DNA of 64,000 bases from Sulfuritalea sp. (lineage in GTDB: Bacteria > Pseudomonadota > Gammaproteobacteria > Burkholderiales > Rhodocyclaceae): assembly GCA_030680805.1 (NCBI GenBank), contig JAUXUK010000059.1, positions 13,336 to 77,335 on the forward strand, written 5' to 3'. Shown piece by piece: positions 43,598 through 53,922 of this stretch. The position numbers and the translations under genes are program-made. The notes beneath the pieces are model-generated. The model was not told the origin of the DNA, did no database searches, and saw nothing but the letters and a program-made list of their open reading frames with translations. How positions within the stretch are numbered: position 1 is the stretch's first letter; each line of letters begins with the position of its first letter.

Positions 43598-44832
43598 GGC
43601 GAATCGCCGTCGTCGGCGGCGGACCCGCGGGTCTGATGGCGGCCGAGGTATTGAGCGCCGCGGGCCTGCGGGCCGATGTGTTCGACGCCATGCCCTCGGT
43701 CGGTCGCAAATTCCTGCTGGCCGGCCGCGGCGGACTCAACCTGACGCACTCGGAAGCAGCAGACCTGTTCCTTTCGCGCTACGGCGCCCGCCAGCGCGAG
43801 GTCGGCGGTTGGCTGGAGGAATTCGGCCCGGCGCAACTGCGCGCCTGGGCGCAAGGGCTCGGCATCGAGACATTCGTCGGCAGTTCCGGCCGCGTCTTCC
43901 CGCAGGAAATGAAGGCCGCACCGCTGCTGCGTGCCTGGCTGCACCGATTGCGTGACGCCGGCGTGGTGTTCCATGCGCGCCATCGCTGGCGCGGCTGGGC
44001 GGACGATGGACACACCCTGCGCTTCACGACCCCGGCAGGTGAAGTCGCCGTCAAGGCCGACGCCGTGGTACTGGCACTCGGCGGCGGCAGCTGGGCGCGG
44101 CTGGGTTCGGACGGGGCCTGGCTGCCGCTGCTGGCCGAACGGGGCGTTGCCGTGCAAACCTTGCGGCCGGCCAATTGCGGCTTCGATGTGGCGTGGAGCG
44201 ACCACCTGCGCCAGCGTTTTGCGGGCACGCCTGTGAAAACCGTCGGCGCCGCATTTGCCGTGCCCGACGGCTCATGCATCGAACGCGAAGGCGAGTTCCT
44301 CATCACCGCGCATGGCGTCGAAGGCAGCCTGATCTATGCGCTCTCCACGCCGCTGCGCGACTGCATCGAAGCCACGGGCAGCGCGATCCTGCGCATCGAC
44401 CTCGCGCCGGGGCGCGACGTGCAGCGCCTGACTGCCGACCTGTCGCATCCGCGCGGGCGCGACTCGCTCTCCAATCATCTGCGGCGCCGCGCCGGCATCG
44501 ACGGCGTCAAGGCAGCGCTGCTCCATGAATTCGCCGCGGCTGACGACCTGGCCACTCCGGCACGACTCGCCGCGCTCATCAAATCGCTGCCGCTGCGCCT
44601 GATCGCGCCGCGTCCGCTCGACGAAGCCATCAGCAGCGCCGGGGGCGTCGACTTCACGGCGCTGGAAGAAAATCTGATGCTGCGCGAACTCCCGGGAATT
44701 TTCTGCGCCGGAGAAATGCTCGACTGGGAAGCCCCGACCGGCGGCTATCTGCTGACGGCCTGTTTTGCCAGCGGGCGCGCGGCAGGACGCGGTGTGCTGC
44801 ACTGGCTCGCCGCGGCGAATGTTGAGCGATAA
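43588..44832 (+). CDS. HI0933/TIGR03862-type flavoprotein
   Basis: GGGPAGL, GRKFLLAG.GGLN, GEMLDWEAPTGGY; start uncertain. Confidence 0.88.
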   Translation: MSVRRIAVVGGGPAGLMAAEVLSAAGLRADVFDAMPSVGRKFLLAGRGGLNLTHSEAADLFLSRYGARQREVGGWLEEFGPAQLRAWAQGLGIETFVGSSGRVFPQEMKAAPLLRAWLHRLRDAGVVFHARHRWRGWADDGHTLRFTTPAGEVAVKADAVVLALGGGSWARLGSDGAWLPLLAERGVAVQTLRPANCGFDVAWSDHLRQRFAGTPVKTVGAAFAVPDGSCIEREGEFLITAHGVEGSLIYALSTPLRDCIEATGSAILRIDLAPGRDVQRLTADLSHPRGRDSLSNHLRRRAGIDGVKAALLHEFAAADDLATPARLAALIKSLPLRLIAPRPLDEAISSAGGVDFTALEENLMLRELPGIFCAGEMLDWEAPTGGYLLTACFASGRAAGRGVLHWLAAANVER

Positions 44833-44880
44833 TCCCCGCCCTCCGCGGCCCATTCGCCCCGTTCGCTTCGTTTCCGACCG

Positions 44881-45885
44881 ATGATCCGCCGCATCGTCCT
44901 GTTCGCACTGCTTGCCGTTCTGGCATCGTCCACCAGCGCCCAACCGCGGCCACCCGAAGGCAGCGAGTTCCAGCTGTTCATCGAAAACGACATGCTGGCG
45001 CGCGCCGATCGCTATTACACCAATGGCATCAAGCTTGGCGGCGGCGTTCCGTTCGACCTGCTCCAGTTTCCTGCCGCGGAAGTGCTCAGGCAACTGACAC
45101 CGGAAGACAGCGGCAAAATCCATCTCGGCCTGTTCCTGGGCCAGAACCTCTACACCCCGCAATCGATCACGATCAGCCAGCCGCAGCCGCTCGATCGGCC
45201 GTGGGCTGCCTGGCTCTATCTCGGCGGGGCCGCGCAGCGCGCGAAGGACAATCGTCTCGACACGGTGGAAATCGATCTCGGCCTGGTCGGCCCGTCAGCA
45301 CTGGGACGGGAAGTCCAGACCGGCTGGCACAAGCTGATCGGCGCTCCGCAGCCCATGGGCTGGCACAGCCAGATCGGCAATGAACCGGCCTTCCTGGTCT
45401 CCTATTTCGGCAAGAGCAAGCATAGCCTGGGCAGCGGATCAGGGCTGGAGCTGGAACTGATTCCGCATGGCGGCGCAACCCTGGGTACGGTGATGACCCT
45501 GGCCCGTGCCGGCGGCATCCTGCGCCTCGGGCGCCATATGACCGGCTTCGGGCCGGACACCATCGAGCCCGGTGGCGCCATGCTGCAGAACATGCGCCGC
45601 GACATCGAGCCGGGACGCGGGCAGAGCATCGAATGGTATGTTTTCGCCGGCCTCGATCACCGGCTGATCGCCCACAACATCTTCCTCGACGGTACCGTAT
45701 TCCGCAACGGCCCGAGCGTGCGCCACCGCCCGCATGTCTACGACCTCACTGCCGGCCTGAGCCTGCGCATCGATGCCGTGCGCATCTCGGTGACGCGAGT
45801 GCGGCGCAGCGAGGAATTCTTCACGGCCGCCAGCAACGGCGGCCGTCAGACCTTCGATTCCGTCAATCTCGGAATCGAGTTCTAG
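44881..45885 (+). CDS. Lipid A deacylase LpxR-family (DUF2219-like) outer-membrane protein
   Basis: END...DRYYTNG, GQ.LYTP, DRP.A..L, NIFLDG, C-terminal F. Confidence 0.85.
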   Translation: MIRRIVLFALLAVLASSTSAQPRPPEGSEFQLFIENDMLARADRYYTNGIKLGGGVPFDLLQFPAAEVLRQLTPEDSGKIHLGLFLGQNLYTPQSITISQPQPLDRPWAAWLYLGGAAQRAKDNRLDTVEIDLGLVGPSALGREVQTGWHKLIGAPQPMGWHSQIGNEPAFLVSYFGKSKHSLGSGSGLELELIPHGGATLGTVMTLARAGGILRLGRHMTGFGPDTIEPGGAMLQNMRRDIEPGRGQSIEWYVFAGLDHRLIAHNIFLDGTVFRNGPSVRHRPHVYDLTAGLSLRIDAVRISVTRVRRSEEFFTAASNGGRQTFDSVNLGIEF

Positions 45886-45999
45886 GAAATCACTGAGCAA
45901 GTGTCATATCGTCATTCCGGCGAAAGCCGGAATCCAGAAGAATCAAGGCACTGGACACCGGCTTTCGCCGGTGTGACGGCTTGATCAGCGCTTCCCTAG
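45882..45999. mobile_element. 118-bp MITE-like element with CTAG ends
   Basis: Terminal IRs 16/20 (CTAGGAAATCACTGAGCAAG / CTTGATCAGCGCTTCCCTAG) around two inverted GTCATTCCGGCGAAAGCCGGAATCCA-type hairpins. Confidence 0.7.
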
Positions 46000-46006
46000 A
46001 GCCGAT

Positions 46007-46201
46007 TCAGGCCTGCTTCTTCACCGAGCAGGTGTTGAAGCCGAAGATCGCGTAGGGCGGGCACCAGCCGATCGCGCCAGTCGCCAGCGGAACCACGCCG
46101 ATCCAGGCCCACACCGGACCACCCATGGCCGCCCAGCCCACCAGGCCGACACCGGCAACAATACGTACAACGCGGTCGACGCCGCCAACATTCAGTTTCA
46201 T
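46007..46201 (-). CDS. DUF2892/YgaP-like small membrane protein
   Basis: NVG..DR..R, WCP.Y..FG.NTC. Confidence 0.88.
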   Translation of the reverse strand: MKLNVGGVDRVVRIVAGVGLVGWAAMGGPVWAWIGVVPLATGAIGWCPPYAIFGFNTCSVKKQA

Positions 46202-46269
46202 GGTTTTCTCCTATGGGGTTGTGCAACAGTGAGCGCATTACATCACTCCCGCACGGCCCCGACTGTAAC

Positions 46270-46986
46270 CTAAGTCACAGAGGCCACCTTGCGCAAGCCG
46301 GCGGCATCGAGCACCTCCACCTGCTCACGGCCAAGCCGCACCAGTCCCTGCTCGGCAAAGCCTTTCAGCAGCCGGCTGACCATTTCGCGCACGCTGCCCA
46401 GTTCGTCCGCCAGTTGCTGGTGGGTCGCATGCACCACGCGTCCCTTGCCCAGCAGCAGCGAAGCCAGACGCTGGTCGAGCTTGCGGAAGGCCACCTCTTC
46501 CACCAATTGCATCAATTCGGCCATGCGTTCCGAGAAAAGCGCGAATACGAAGTCCCGAAAAGCCGGCTCACCCAGCATCTCGTCAAACAATTCACGGGGC
46601 AGCAGGGCCAGCGTGGTGGCGCCCTCGGTGACCCCACGCGCGTTGTAATCGGCATGCCCGAGCAGGCAGCTCGAGGTGATGATGCAGTTCTCGCCCGCCA
46701 GCACCCGGTACAACGGCAGCTCCCTGCCGCCGGCACTGAGCTTGGCGACACGGATCGCCCCTTCCAGAACAAAGGGAAAGCCGCGGCAGGGCTGGCGCTC
46801 GTCGAATACCGTGGCGCCGGAAGGAAGCGACACGGTCTGCGCCGTATTGCCAATGCGCTGCAACAGGCTGGCAGGCAGCGTGGCCAGAACCGGATAGAGC
46901 GCCACCAGCGCCTCCGTCTTAGTTTCGGCCGCTTCGCTTAACGTCGATGAGTCCGACGTTAGCCTCCACTGAAACTTCGTTTTCAC
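46270..46986 (-). CDS. Crp/Fnr-family transcriptional regulator
   Basis: GRE..LY.V..GE.C, THQQLA.ELGS.RE.VSRLLK; GTG start overlapping the xth stop is inferred. Confidence 0.88.
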   Translation of the reverse strand: MKTKFQWRLTSDSSTLSEAAETKTEALVALYPVLATLPASLLQRIGNTAQTVSLPSGATVFDERQPCRGFPFVLEGAIRVAKLSAGGRELPLYRVLAGENCIITSSCLLGHADYNARGVTEGATTLALLPRELFDEMLGEPAFRDFVFALFSERMAELMQLVEEVAFRKLDQRLASLLLGKGRVVHATHQQLADELGSVREMVSRLLKGFAEQGLVRLGREQVEVLDAAGLRKVASVT

Positions 46987-47759
46987 GCCGGCGTCGCCTC
47001 CAGCGTTGCAATCACCGGCGCATGATCGGATGGCCGTTCCAGCTTGCGCGGCGCCTTGTCGATGACGCAGGCGCTGCACGCAGCCGCCAGCGGCGGCGAC
47101 AGCAGAATGTGGTCAATGCGCAAACCGCGATTGAGGCGAAAGCCCATCTGCCGGTAGTCCCACCACGAGTAGGTTTTCGCTGGCTGTTCGAAGAGACGAA
47201 AGGCGTCGGCCAAACCGAGATCGACTAACCGGCGAAACGCCGCGCGCTCCGGCTCGCTGCACAGGATCTGATCCTTCCAGGCGGCTGGGTCATGCACATC
47301 ACGATCGTCGGGCGCGATGTTGTAGTCGCCGAGCAGCGCCAGTTGCGGGCAGCGCTGCAACTCCTCGCGCAGGAAGGCGGCCAGCGCCGCCAGCCAGCGC
47401 AGCTTGTACTCGTACTTGTCGGAGCCCACCGCCTGACCGTTCGGCATGTAGGCACACACTATCCGCACCCCATTTACCGTCGCGGCAATCACGCGCTTCT
47501 GCTCGTCGGCGAAGGCCGGAATGTCGCAGCGGACATCCTCCAGCGTCCCACGCGCCAGGATGGCGACGCCGTTGTAGGTCTTCTGTCCGTTATGCACGGA
47601 GTGATAGCCAGCGGCTTCCAGCTCGGCATGGGGAAAGACCTTGTCCTCCATCTTGGTTTCCTGCAGGCAGAGCACGTCTGCCTGCGTTGCCGCCAGCCAG
47701 TCGAGCACGTGCGGCAGGCGCACCTTGAGCGAATTCACGTTCCACGTGGCGATCTTCAT
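46983..47759 (-). CDS. xth: Exodeoxyribonuclease III
   Basis: TWNVNS, LQETK, GDYNIAP, RIDH, SDHAP. Confidence 0.96.
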   Translation of the reverse strand: MKIATWNVNSLKVRLPHVLDWLAATQADVLCLQETKMEDKVFPHAELEAAGYHSVHNGQKTYNGVAILARGTLEDVRCDIPAFADEQKRVIAATVNGVRIVCAYMPNGQAVGSDKYEYKLRWLAALAAFLREELQRCPQLALLGDYNIAPDDRDVHDPAAWKDQILCSEPERAAFRRLVDLGLADAFRLFEQPAKTYSWWDYRQMGFRLNRGLRIDHILLSPPLAAACSACVIDKAPRKLERPSDHAPVIATLEATPA

Positions 47760-47838
47760 GCGCCGATGATACCCGAGCAGGGCCGCCGTCTATAATGAAA
47801 AACAGGGCCAACCCAGCCCGAGGAAATGGAGATGCATC

Positions 47839-48027
47839 ATGTTCGATTCACCTGTCGCACCCTGCCCTGTCTGCGGCGAGATGGTGCTGCTTGACGAGAC
47901 CCCGCGCGAATGCGCCCGCGAGCACGGCTGCCATCCGGACACACCCTGCCCGCTGCAGAAGTATTTCACCGGCATTGATTTCAGCGTCGAGCAGCCAAAG
48001 GAGAAGTTGCGTGACAAAGGATACTGA
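47839..48027 (+). CDS. Small Cys-rich hypothetical protein
   Basis: CPVC...C..EH.C....CP; GGAG RBS. Confidence 0.7.
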   Translation: MFDSPVAPCPVCGEMVLLDETPRECAREHGCHPDTPCPLQKYFTGIDFSVEQPKEKLRDKGY

Positions 48028-48415
48028 GGGGGCTACTGAGGGGGCTACTGAGGGGGCAACCGAGCGCCGCAATTTCTGGCGCGCCGTGTTTCATTCACCG
48101 GTTCGCCTGACCACCCATGACGGCAACGCCTTTGCCCAACTGCAGGATATTTCGCTGAAGGGCGCGCTGCTTGAGACAGGCAATGTCTGGCACGGCAAGC
48201 CCGGCGAGGAGTGCCGCCTATCTCTGGAACTCGCGCCGGACGCCACGATCACCATGTGGACCAAGGTGATGCATGTCGAAGGGCCTCACGTCGGACTGCG
48301 CTGTGAAAGCATCGACCTCGACAGCGTCACGCACCTGCGCCGCCTGGTGGAACTCAACAGCGGCGATCCCGCGATTCTTGATCGGGAATTCGCCAGCCTG
48401 GTACGCGACAGCTGA
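48011..48415 (+). CDS. PilZ domain (c-di-GMP-binding) protein
   Basis: ERRNFWR and DISLKG motifs; LRRLVELN. Confidence 0.85.
   Translation: MTKDTEGATEGATEGATERRNFWRAVFHSPVRLTTHDGNAFAQLQDISLKGALLETGNVWHGKPGEECRLSLELAPDATITMWTKVMHVEGPHVGLRCESIDLDSVTHLRRLVELNSGDPAILDREFASLVRDS
48022..48057 (+). repeat. 12-bp tandem repeat x3 (TACTGAGGGGGC)
   Basis: Three exact copies plus a partial fourth; encodes TEGA repeats. Confidence 0.9.
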
Positions 48416-48487
48416 GGCCGCAAAAAGTTATGTCTCCGGCGAAGCCGGAGACGGTATCCCCTGCGGACGGCGCTGGCGGTGCGGCGG

Positions 48488-50545
48488 TTATGCGGCGACG
48501 GCCATCCCGTTATGCCGCAACAAGGCATCGGGCCGCGGCTCTCGCCCGCGAAATGCCTTGAAGGAGTCCAGCGCCGGGCGTGATCCGCCGACCGCCAGGA
48601 TCTCGCGCCAGAAGCGCTCGCCGGTCGCCTTGTCGAGCGTGCTGCCGCTGGTTTTGGCGGCTTCTTCGAAGGCCTCGTAGGCATCCGCTGAAAGCACTTC
48701 GGCCCACTTGTAGCTGTAGTAGCCGGCCGCGTAGCCGCCACCAAAAATGTGCGAGAAACCGTGCGGGAAGCGGTTCCATTCCGGCGGCACCAGCACCGCC
48801 ACTTCGCGACGCACTTCGGCCAGCAGATCCATGAAACCCTTGCCCGCGCCTGGCACAAACTCGCTGTGCAACAGCAGGTCGAACAAGCCGAATTCCACCT
48901 GGCGCAGGGTCTGCAAGCCGCTCTGGAAATTCTTCGCCGCGATCATCTTGTCGTAGAGTGCGCGCGGCAACTGCGCGCCGGTTTCGGCATGGGCGGTCAT
49001 GCCGGTGAGCACGTCCCACTCCCAGCAGAAGTTTTCCATGAACTGGCTCGGCAGTTCCACCGCGTCCCATTCGACGCCATGGATGCCCGACACCGGCAGC
49101 TCATCCACCTGCGTCAGCAGATGGTGCAGGCCGTGGCCGCACTCATGGAACAGGGTGATGACATCGTCGTGGCTGAAGGTCGCGGGTCGCATTTGCGTGC
49201 CCTCGCCGACGGGCGCCGGAAAGTTGCAGTTGAGGTAGGCCACCGGCGTCTGCACACCCGATGCGACCCGACGACGGGTAATCGCTTCGTCCATCCACGC
49301 CCCGCCGCGCTTGGTTTCGCGTGCATACAGGTCGAGGTAGAACTGGCCGATGAGTCTGCCCTCGCGCTCGATGCGGAAGAAGCGCACCGCCGGATGCCAT
49401 ACCGGCGCCGTATCGGGTGCGAGCTTGACCGCGAACAGCGATTCGATGACGCGGAACAGGCCGGCCAGCACCTTCGGTTCGGGGAAGTACTGCTTCACTT
49501 CATCGTCGGAAAAACTGTAGCGCGCCTGCTTGAGCTTTTCCGAAGCCCAGGACAGGTCCCAGCTTTCCAGTTGGCTCATGCCAAGTTCCGCGGCGGCGAA
49601 CTGGCGCAGTTCGGCAATGTCGTTTTCGGCGAAGGGGCGCGCCTTGGCCGCCATGTCGCGCTGGAAGCTCGCCACCTGGGCCGGCGTGTCGGCCATCTTG
49701 GTGGCCAGCGAGACCTCGGCGAAATTGGCGTAGCCAAGCATCCTCGCTTCTTCGTTGCGCAGGGCCAGCAGGCGGTCGATCAGCGGGCCGTTGTCCAGTT
49801 CGCCGGGGCCGAACTCGGAGGCGCGCGTGGCGTAGGCGCGATACATGCGCGCGCGCAGATCGCGGTTGTCGCAGAACTGCAGCACGGGAATGTAGGAAGG
49901 GGCATGCAGGGTGAACTTCCACCCTTGCTTGCCGTCCTTTTCGGCAGCCGCCTTTGCGGCCGCCTTCGCATCATCGGGCAATCCCCTGGTCCCGGCTTCG
50001 TCCTCAACCCATTCGGCATGGGCATTGGTCGCATCCAGCACGTTCTCGGAAAACTTTGCGCCCAGCGCCGACAGCTCTTCCTGGATTTGCTTGAAGCGCG
50101 GCTTCTGCTCTTCCGCCAGTTCCGCCCCGGAGAGCCGGAAATCGCGCAAATCGTTTTCGATGATGCGACGCCGCGCCGGCGACAGCGCAGCAAATTCCGC
50201 ACTGGCGGCGAGCACCTTGAACCTGGCGAACAGCGCCAGGTTCTGCCCGAGGTCGGCGTAGAAGCTCGATACCTCGGGCAGCATGGCGTTATAGGCCTCG
50301 CGCCAGGGCGGCACGTCATTCACCGAGTGCAGATGACCGACGATGCCCCAGGCACGCGACAGGCGCTCGCCGGCATCGAGCATCGGCTGCACGAAGCCAT
50401 CCCAGGTCGCGGCGGCATCCGACGCGATCAGGCGTCCGATCAGGCTGCGGTTTTCATCGAGCAGTTGGCGGATCGCGGGGGTGACGTGTTCAGGTTGAAC
50501 AGTGTCAAAGCGGGGCAGCCCGCTGAAATCGAGCAAAGGGTTCAT
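48488..50545 (-). CDS. prlC: Oligopeptidase A (M3 family)
   Basis: HECGHGLH, WDAVELPSQ, YYSYKWAE. Confidence 0.95.
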   Translation of the reverse strand: MNPLLDFSGLPRFDTVQPEHVTPAIRQLLDENRSLIGRLIASDAAATWDGFVQPMLDAGERLSRAWGIVGHLHSVNDVPPWREAYNAMLPEVSSFYADLGQNLALFARFKVLAASAEFAALSPARRRIIENDLRDFRLSGAELAEEQKPRFKQIQEELSALGAKFSENVLDATNAHAEWVEDEAGTRGLPDDAKAAAKAAAEKDGKQGWKFTLHAPSYIPVLQFCDNRDLRARMYRAYATRASEFGPGELDNGPLIDRLLALRNEEARMLGYANFAEVSLATKMADTPAQVASFQRDMAAKARPFAENDIAELRQFAAAELGMSQLESWDLSWASEKLKQARYSFSDDEVKQYFPEPKVLAGLFRVIESLFAVKLAPDTAPVWHPAVRFFRIEREGRLIGQFYLDLYARETKRGGAWMDEAITRRRVASGVQTPVAYLNCNFPAPVGEGTQMRPATFSHDDVITLFHECGHGLHHLLTQVDELPVSGIHGVEWDAVELPSQFMENFCWEWDVLTGMTAHAETGAQLPRALYDKMIAAKNFQSGLQTLRQVEFGLFDLLLHSEFVPGAGKGFMDLLAEVRREVAVLVPPEWNRFPHGFSHIFGGGYAAGYYSYKWAEVLSADAYEAFEEAAKTSGSTLDKATGERFWREILAVGGSRPALDSFKAFRGREPRPDALLRHNGMAVAA

Positions 50546-50596
50546 GGTCTTGAGATGGGGGTGAAAAAGGGGACTGCAATGCCTCGTCGTTGGCTG

Positions 50597-51385
50597 CTAC
50601 TCGACGAGATCTTTATAGGCGTGGAAACTGGCGTGTCCCAGCCAGGGCATGACAAGTATCAAGCCGACCAGCGCGGTGGCGAAACCAAGTCCGGTCAGCA
50701 GCATGATGATGACGGCCCACAGCGCCAGCGGCAGCGGATTCTCGGCAACGGCATTGACGCTGGTGCCAAGCGCGGTCAGCAGGTCGCAGCGGCGATCGAT
50801 CAGCATCGGCATCGACACCACGCTGACGCCGAACACCAGGGCGGCAAGCAGGCCGCCCGCGCACATGTAGACGAAGAACAGCAGGTAGTGCTGCGGATTG
50901 ACCAGGATCTCGATCATCATCGCCATCGGCGTCAGCGCGGGGCCCTTGTAGAACAGCGCGACGATAACCACCGATGCCACCTGCCAGGCCGTGCCGGCCA
51001 GTATCGACAACAGCGCGAAACCCACCAGTGCGGAAGGGTTGCGGCGCCACGCCAGCATCGAATCGAGGAGGGAAACCGGTTCCCCGGCCAGATAGCGGCG
51101 CGAGAGTTCATACAAACCGGCCGCCAGCATGGGCGCTACCAGCAGGAAACCGGTGATGGCGGCGGCGAACAGGTAGGGAAATCGCGCCGTTACGCCCAGT
51201 ATCACCGCCCCGGTCACGGCGATGGCAATGCCATAGAACAGACTGGCCGCAGGCTGCCGCCAGAGGTCTGCCCAGCCTTGCCGCAGCCACTTCAGCGGTG
51301 CGCCAAGTCCCACCTGACGCACCTTTGGAAAACTTCCGGAGGACGCAGAGCGCTGGCCTGGCGAGACGGCGACGGGATCGTTCAT
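50597..51385 (-). CDS. DUF2189-like membrane protein
   Basis: WL..GW.D, GLYELSRR, P.LGHA..HAY.DL. Confidence 0.82.
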   Translation of the reverse strand: MNDPVAVSPGQRSASSGSFPKVRQVGLGAPLKWLRQGWADLWRQPAASLFYGIAIAVTGAVILGVTARFPYLFAAAITGFLLVAPMLAAGLYELSRRYLAGEPVSLLDSMLAWRRNPSALVGFALLSILAGTAWQVASVVIVALFYKGPALTPMAMMIEILVNPQHYLLFFVYMCAGGLLAALVFGVSVVSMPMLIDRRCDLLTALGTSVNAVAENPLPLALWAVIIMLLTGLGFATALVGLILVMPWLGHASFHAYKDLVE

Positions 51386-51407
51386 CAGCCGAGAATGGCG
51401 GACAAGA

Positions 51408-52313
51408 TCAGATCTCGTGCGGACCCGCGAGACGGGTCAGCGCTTCGCGATAGTTGGTGGCGGTCTTGTCGATGATGTCCTGCGGCAGCCGAGGTCCCGG
51501 CGCCCGCTTGTTCCAGTCCAGCGTTTCCAGATAGTCGCGGACGAACTGCTTGTCGAAGCTGGGTGGACTGATGCCCACCTTGTAACGGTCGGCCGGCCAG
51601 AAACGCGAGGAATCCGGCGTCAGCACCTCGTCGATCAGATACAGCCGGCCGTCCGCGTCCTGGCCAAACTCGAACTTGGTGTCGGCGATGATGATGCCGA
51701 CGACGCGGGCAAACGCGGCGGCCTCGCGATACAGGCGCAAGGTGGTTTCCTTGACCATCTTCGCCAGATCGGCGCCGAGCAGCTTCTCGACGGCGGCGTA
51801 ATCGATGTTCTCGTCATGGTCGCCCATCTCGGCCTTGGTGGCCGGGGTGAATATCGGTGTTGGCAGTTGCTGGGCCATTTGCAGGCCGGGCGGTAATGCG
51901 ATACCGCAGACGGAGCCGGTCGCCTGATAATCCTTCCAGCCGGAGCCGATCAGGTAGCCGCGTGCCACCGCCTCGATCGGCAGCGGCTTGAGGCGCTTGA
52001 CCACCAGCGAACGGCCGCGTACCTGGGCTTGTTCTTCCGGGCCGGCCACCACGGTCTCGGGATCGATGCCGGTCAGTTGATTGGGTACCACATGGGCCAG
52101 CTTGCCGAACCAGAAATTGGCCATCGCCGTAAGCACTGCACCCTTGCCCGGAATCGGGTCGGGCAGGATCACGTCGAAGGCCGAGAGGCGATCCGTGGTG
52201 ACAATGAGGAGTTTGTCCTCACCCACGGCATAGATATCGCGTACCTTGCCCCGGCCTAGCAGCGGCAGGCTGGTGATGGTGGATTCGAAGACGAGTGGAG
52301 TGGAAATGGGCAT
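51408..52313 (-). CDS. purC: SAICAR synthase
   Basis: [34 protein letters not shown]. Confidence 0.97.
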   Translation of the reverse strand: MPISTPLVFESTITSLPLLGRGKVRDIYAVGEDKLLIVTTDRLSAFDVILPDPIPGKGAVLTAMANFWFGKLAHVVPNQLTGIDPETVVAGPEEQAQVRGRSLVVKRLKPLPIEAVARGYLIGSGWKDYQATGSVCGIALPPGLQMAQQLPTPIFTPATKAEMGDHDENIDYAAVEKLLGADLAKMVKETTLRLYREAAAFARVVGIIIADTKFEFGQDADGRLYLIDEVLTPDSSRFWPADRYKVGISPPSFDKQFVRDYLETLDWNKRAPGPRLPQDIIDKTATNYREALTRLAGPHEI

Positions 52314-52334
52314 GGTCTGTTTTGAACCAAGGAA

Positions 52335-52781
52335 TTATTCGCGAACGTAGGCTTTGTCCGGGTCTTTCTCGGCATCTTCGCGGTAGGGGAAGCGCACGTG
52401 TCCGTAGCGGATTGCCAGCACGGCAAGGGTCAGCAGGAAGATCGCGGCAGCAACCGCCAGCATGCGCAATTCGCTCATGTCCTTGATGTCGAGGATCAGG
52501 TAGCGCGCCAATGCCACCATGCCGATGTAAAGGGGAAAACGCACCTGTACCTGCCCTGACCTCAGGTACTGGCCGATCATCGCCAGCACTTCGAGGTAGA
52601 GGAACATCAGCAGCAGGTCCGCCAGCGTCACCCGGTGCGAATCGACCATCACCATCGCCTCCTGATACATGGCTATGGCAGTGGCGATGGCGATCACCAG
52701 CAGCCCGGCATACTCGACAATGTCGAGGCCGCTGCTGAAGAACTTGCGCAGTCGATCGAAGGTGTGGGACCGGATATCCAT
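52335..52781 (-). CDS. PsiE-family membrane protein
   Basis: DLLLMFLYLE...P.YI..VALARY.IL. Confidence 0.8.
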   Translation of the reverse strand: MDIRSHTFDRLRKFFSSGLDIVEYAGLLVIAIATAIAMYQEAMVMVDSHRVTLADLLLMFLYLEVLAMIGQYLRSGQVQVRFPLYIGMVALARYLILDIKDMSELRMLAVAAAIFLLTLAVLAIRYGHVRFPYREDAEKDPDKAYVRE

Positions 52782-52793
52782 GCTGGAAAAAGG

Positions 52794-52819
52794 AAAAGGC
52801 CGCCCGAGCGGGGCGGCCC
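52794..52819 (-). terminator. Terminator after fba
   Basis: GGCCGCCC-GAGC-GGGCGGCC next to an A-run. Confidence 0.7.
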
Positions 52820-52842
52820 GATAATTTACCGCAAATCGCGGC

Positions 52843-53907
52843 TTACTTCACGATCGCGTTGAGCTCGCCTTTCTTGTAGCGCTCCGCCATCTTCTCCAGC
52901 GAAACCGGCTTGATCTTGGCGGCCTGACCGGCACAGCCGAAGGCCGTGTAGCGGGCCACGCAGATTTCCTTCATCGCCTTGCGCGCGGCAGCGAAATACT
53001 TGCGCGGATCGAAGTCCTTGGTGTTCTCGGCCAGGTACTTGCGGATCGCGCCGGTCGACGCCATGCGCAGGTCGGTGTCGATGTTGATCTTGCGCACGCC
53101 GTGCTTGATGCCCTCGACGATTTCCGCCACCGGCACGCCATAGGTTTCGCCCATGGTGCCGCCGTACTGGTTGATGATCTTGAGCCAGTCCTGCGGCACC
53201 GACGACGAGCCGTGCATCACCAGGTGGGTATTCGGGATGCGGGCGTGGATTTCCTTGATGCGGTCGATGCGCAGCACCGCGCCGGTAGGCGGGCGGGTGA
53301 ACTTGTAGGCGCCGTGTGAGGTGCCGATGGCGATCGCCAGCGCATCGACGCCGGTGGCCTTGACGAACTCGGCGGCTTCATTGGGGTCGGTCAACAGCTG
53401 GTCGTGCGACAACACGCCTTCCGCGCCATGGCCGTCTTCCTTCTCGCCCATGCCGGATTCGAGCGAGCCGAGGCAACCCAGTTCGCCTTCCACGGAAACG
53501 CCGATGGCGTGGGCGATGTCGACCACGTGGCGACTGACGCGGCTGTTGTATTCGAAGCTGGCCGGGGTCTTGGCATCTTCCTGCAGCGAGCCGTCCATCA
53601 TCACGCTGGAGAAGCCCGAGCGCATCGACTGGATGCAAACCGCCGGGCTGGCGCCGTGATCCTGGTGCATCACGATCGGAATGTCGGGATGGGTTTCGAT
53701 CGCGGCCTCGATCAGGTGGCGCAGGTAGGGTTCGCCGGCATACTTGCGGGCGCCGGCCGAGCCCTGCATGATCACCGGGCTGTTGGTCTCGGCAGCGGCT
53801 TCCATGATGGCCTGGATCTGTTCCAGGTTGTTGACGTTGAAGGCCGGCAGGCCGTAGCCGTTTTCGGCGGCGTGGTCGAGCAGTTGACGCATGGATACGA
53901 GGGGCAT
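52843..53907 (-). CDS. fba: Class II fructose-bisphosphate aldolase (CbbA type)
   Basis: [32 protein letters not shown]. Confidence 0.96.
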   Translation of the reverse strand: MPLVSMRQLLDHAAENGYGLPAFNVNNLEQIQAIMEAAAETNSPVIMQGSAGARKYAGEPYLRHLIEAAIETHPDIPIVMHQDHGASPAVCIQSMRSGFSSVMMDGSLQEDAKTPASFEYNSRVSRHVVDIAHAIGVSVEGELGCLGSLESGMGEKEDGHGAEGVLSHDQLLTDPNEAAEFVKATGVDALAIAIGTSHGAYKFTRPPTGAVLRIDRIKEIHARIPNTHLVMHGSSSVPQDWLKIINQYGGTMGETYGVPVAEIVEGIKHGVRKINIDTDLRMASTGAIRKYLAENTKDFDPRKYFAAARKAMKEICVARYTAFGCAGQAAKIKPVSLEKMAERYKKGELNAIVK

Positions 53908-53922
53908 GGCAATCTCCTTGAG

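Noticed and set aside
48749-51475. Long + strand ORF of 908 aa (similarly 53404-55509, 57655-59781, 29281-30915, 10280-12001)
   Set aside because: Antisense shadows of prlC, pyk/fba, tkt, purH and alaS caused by high-GC codon bias; no recognisable motifs.
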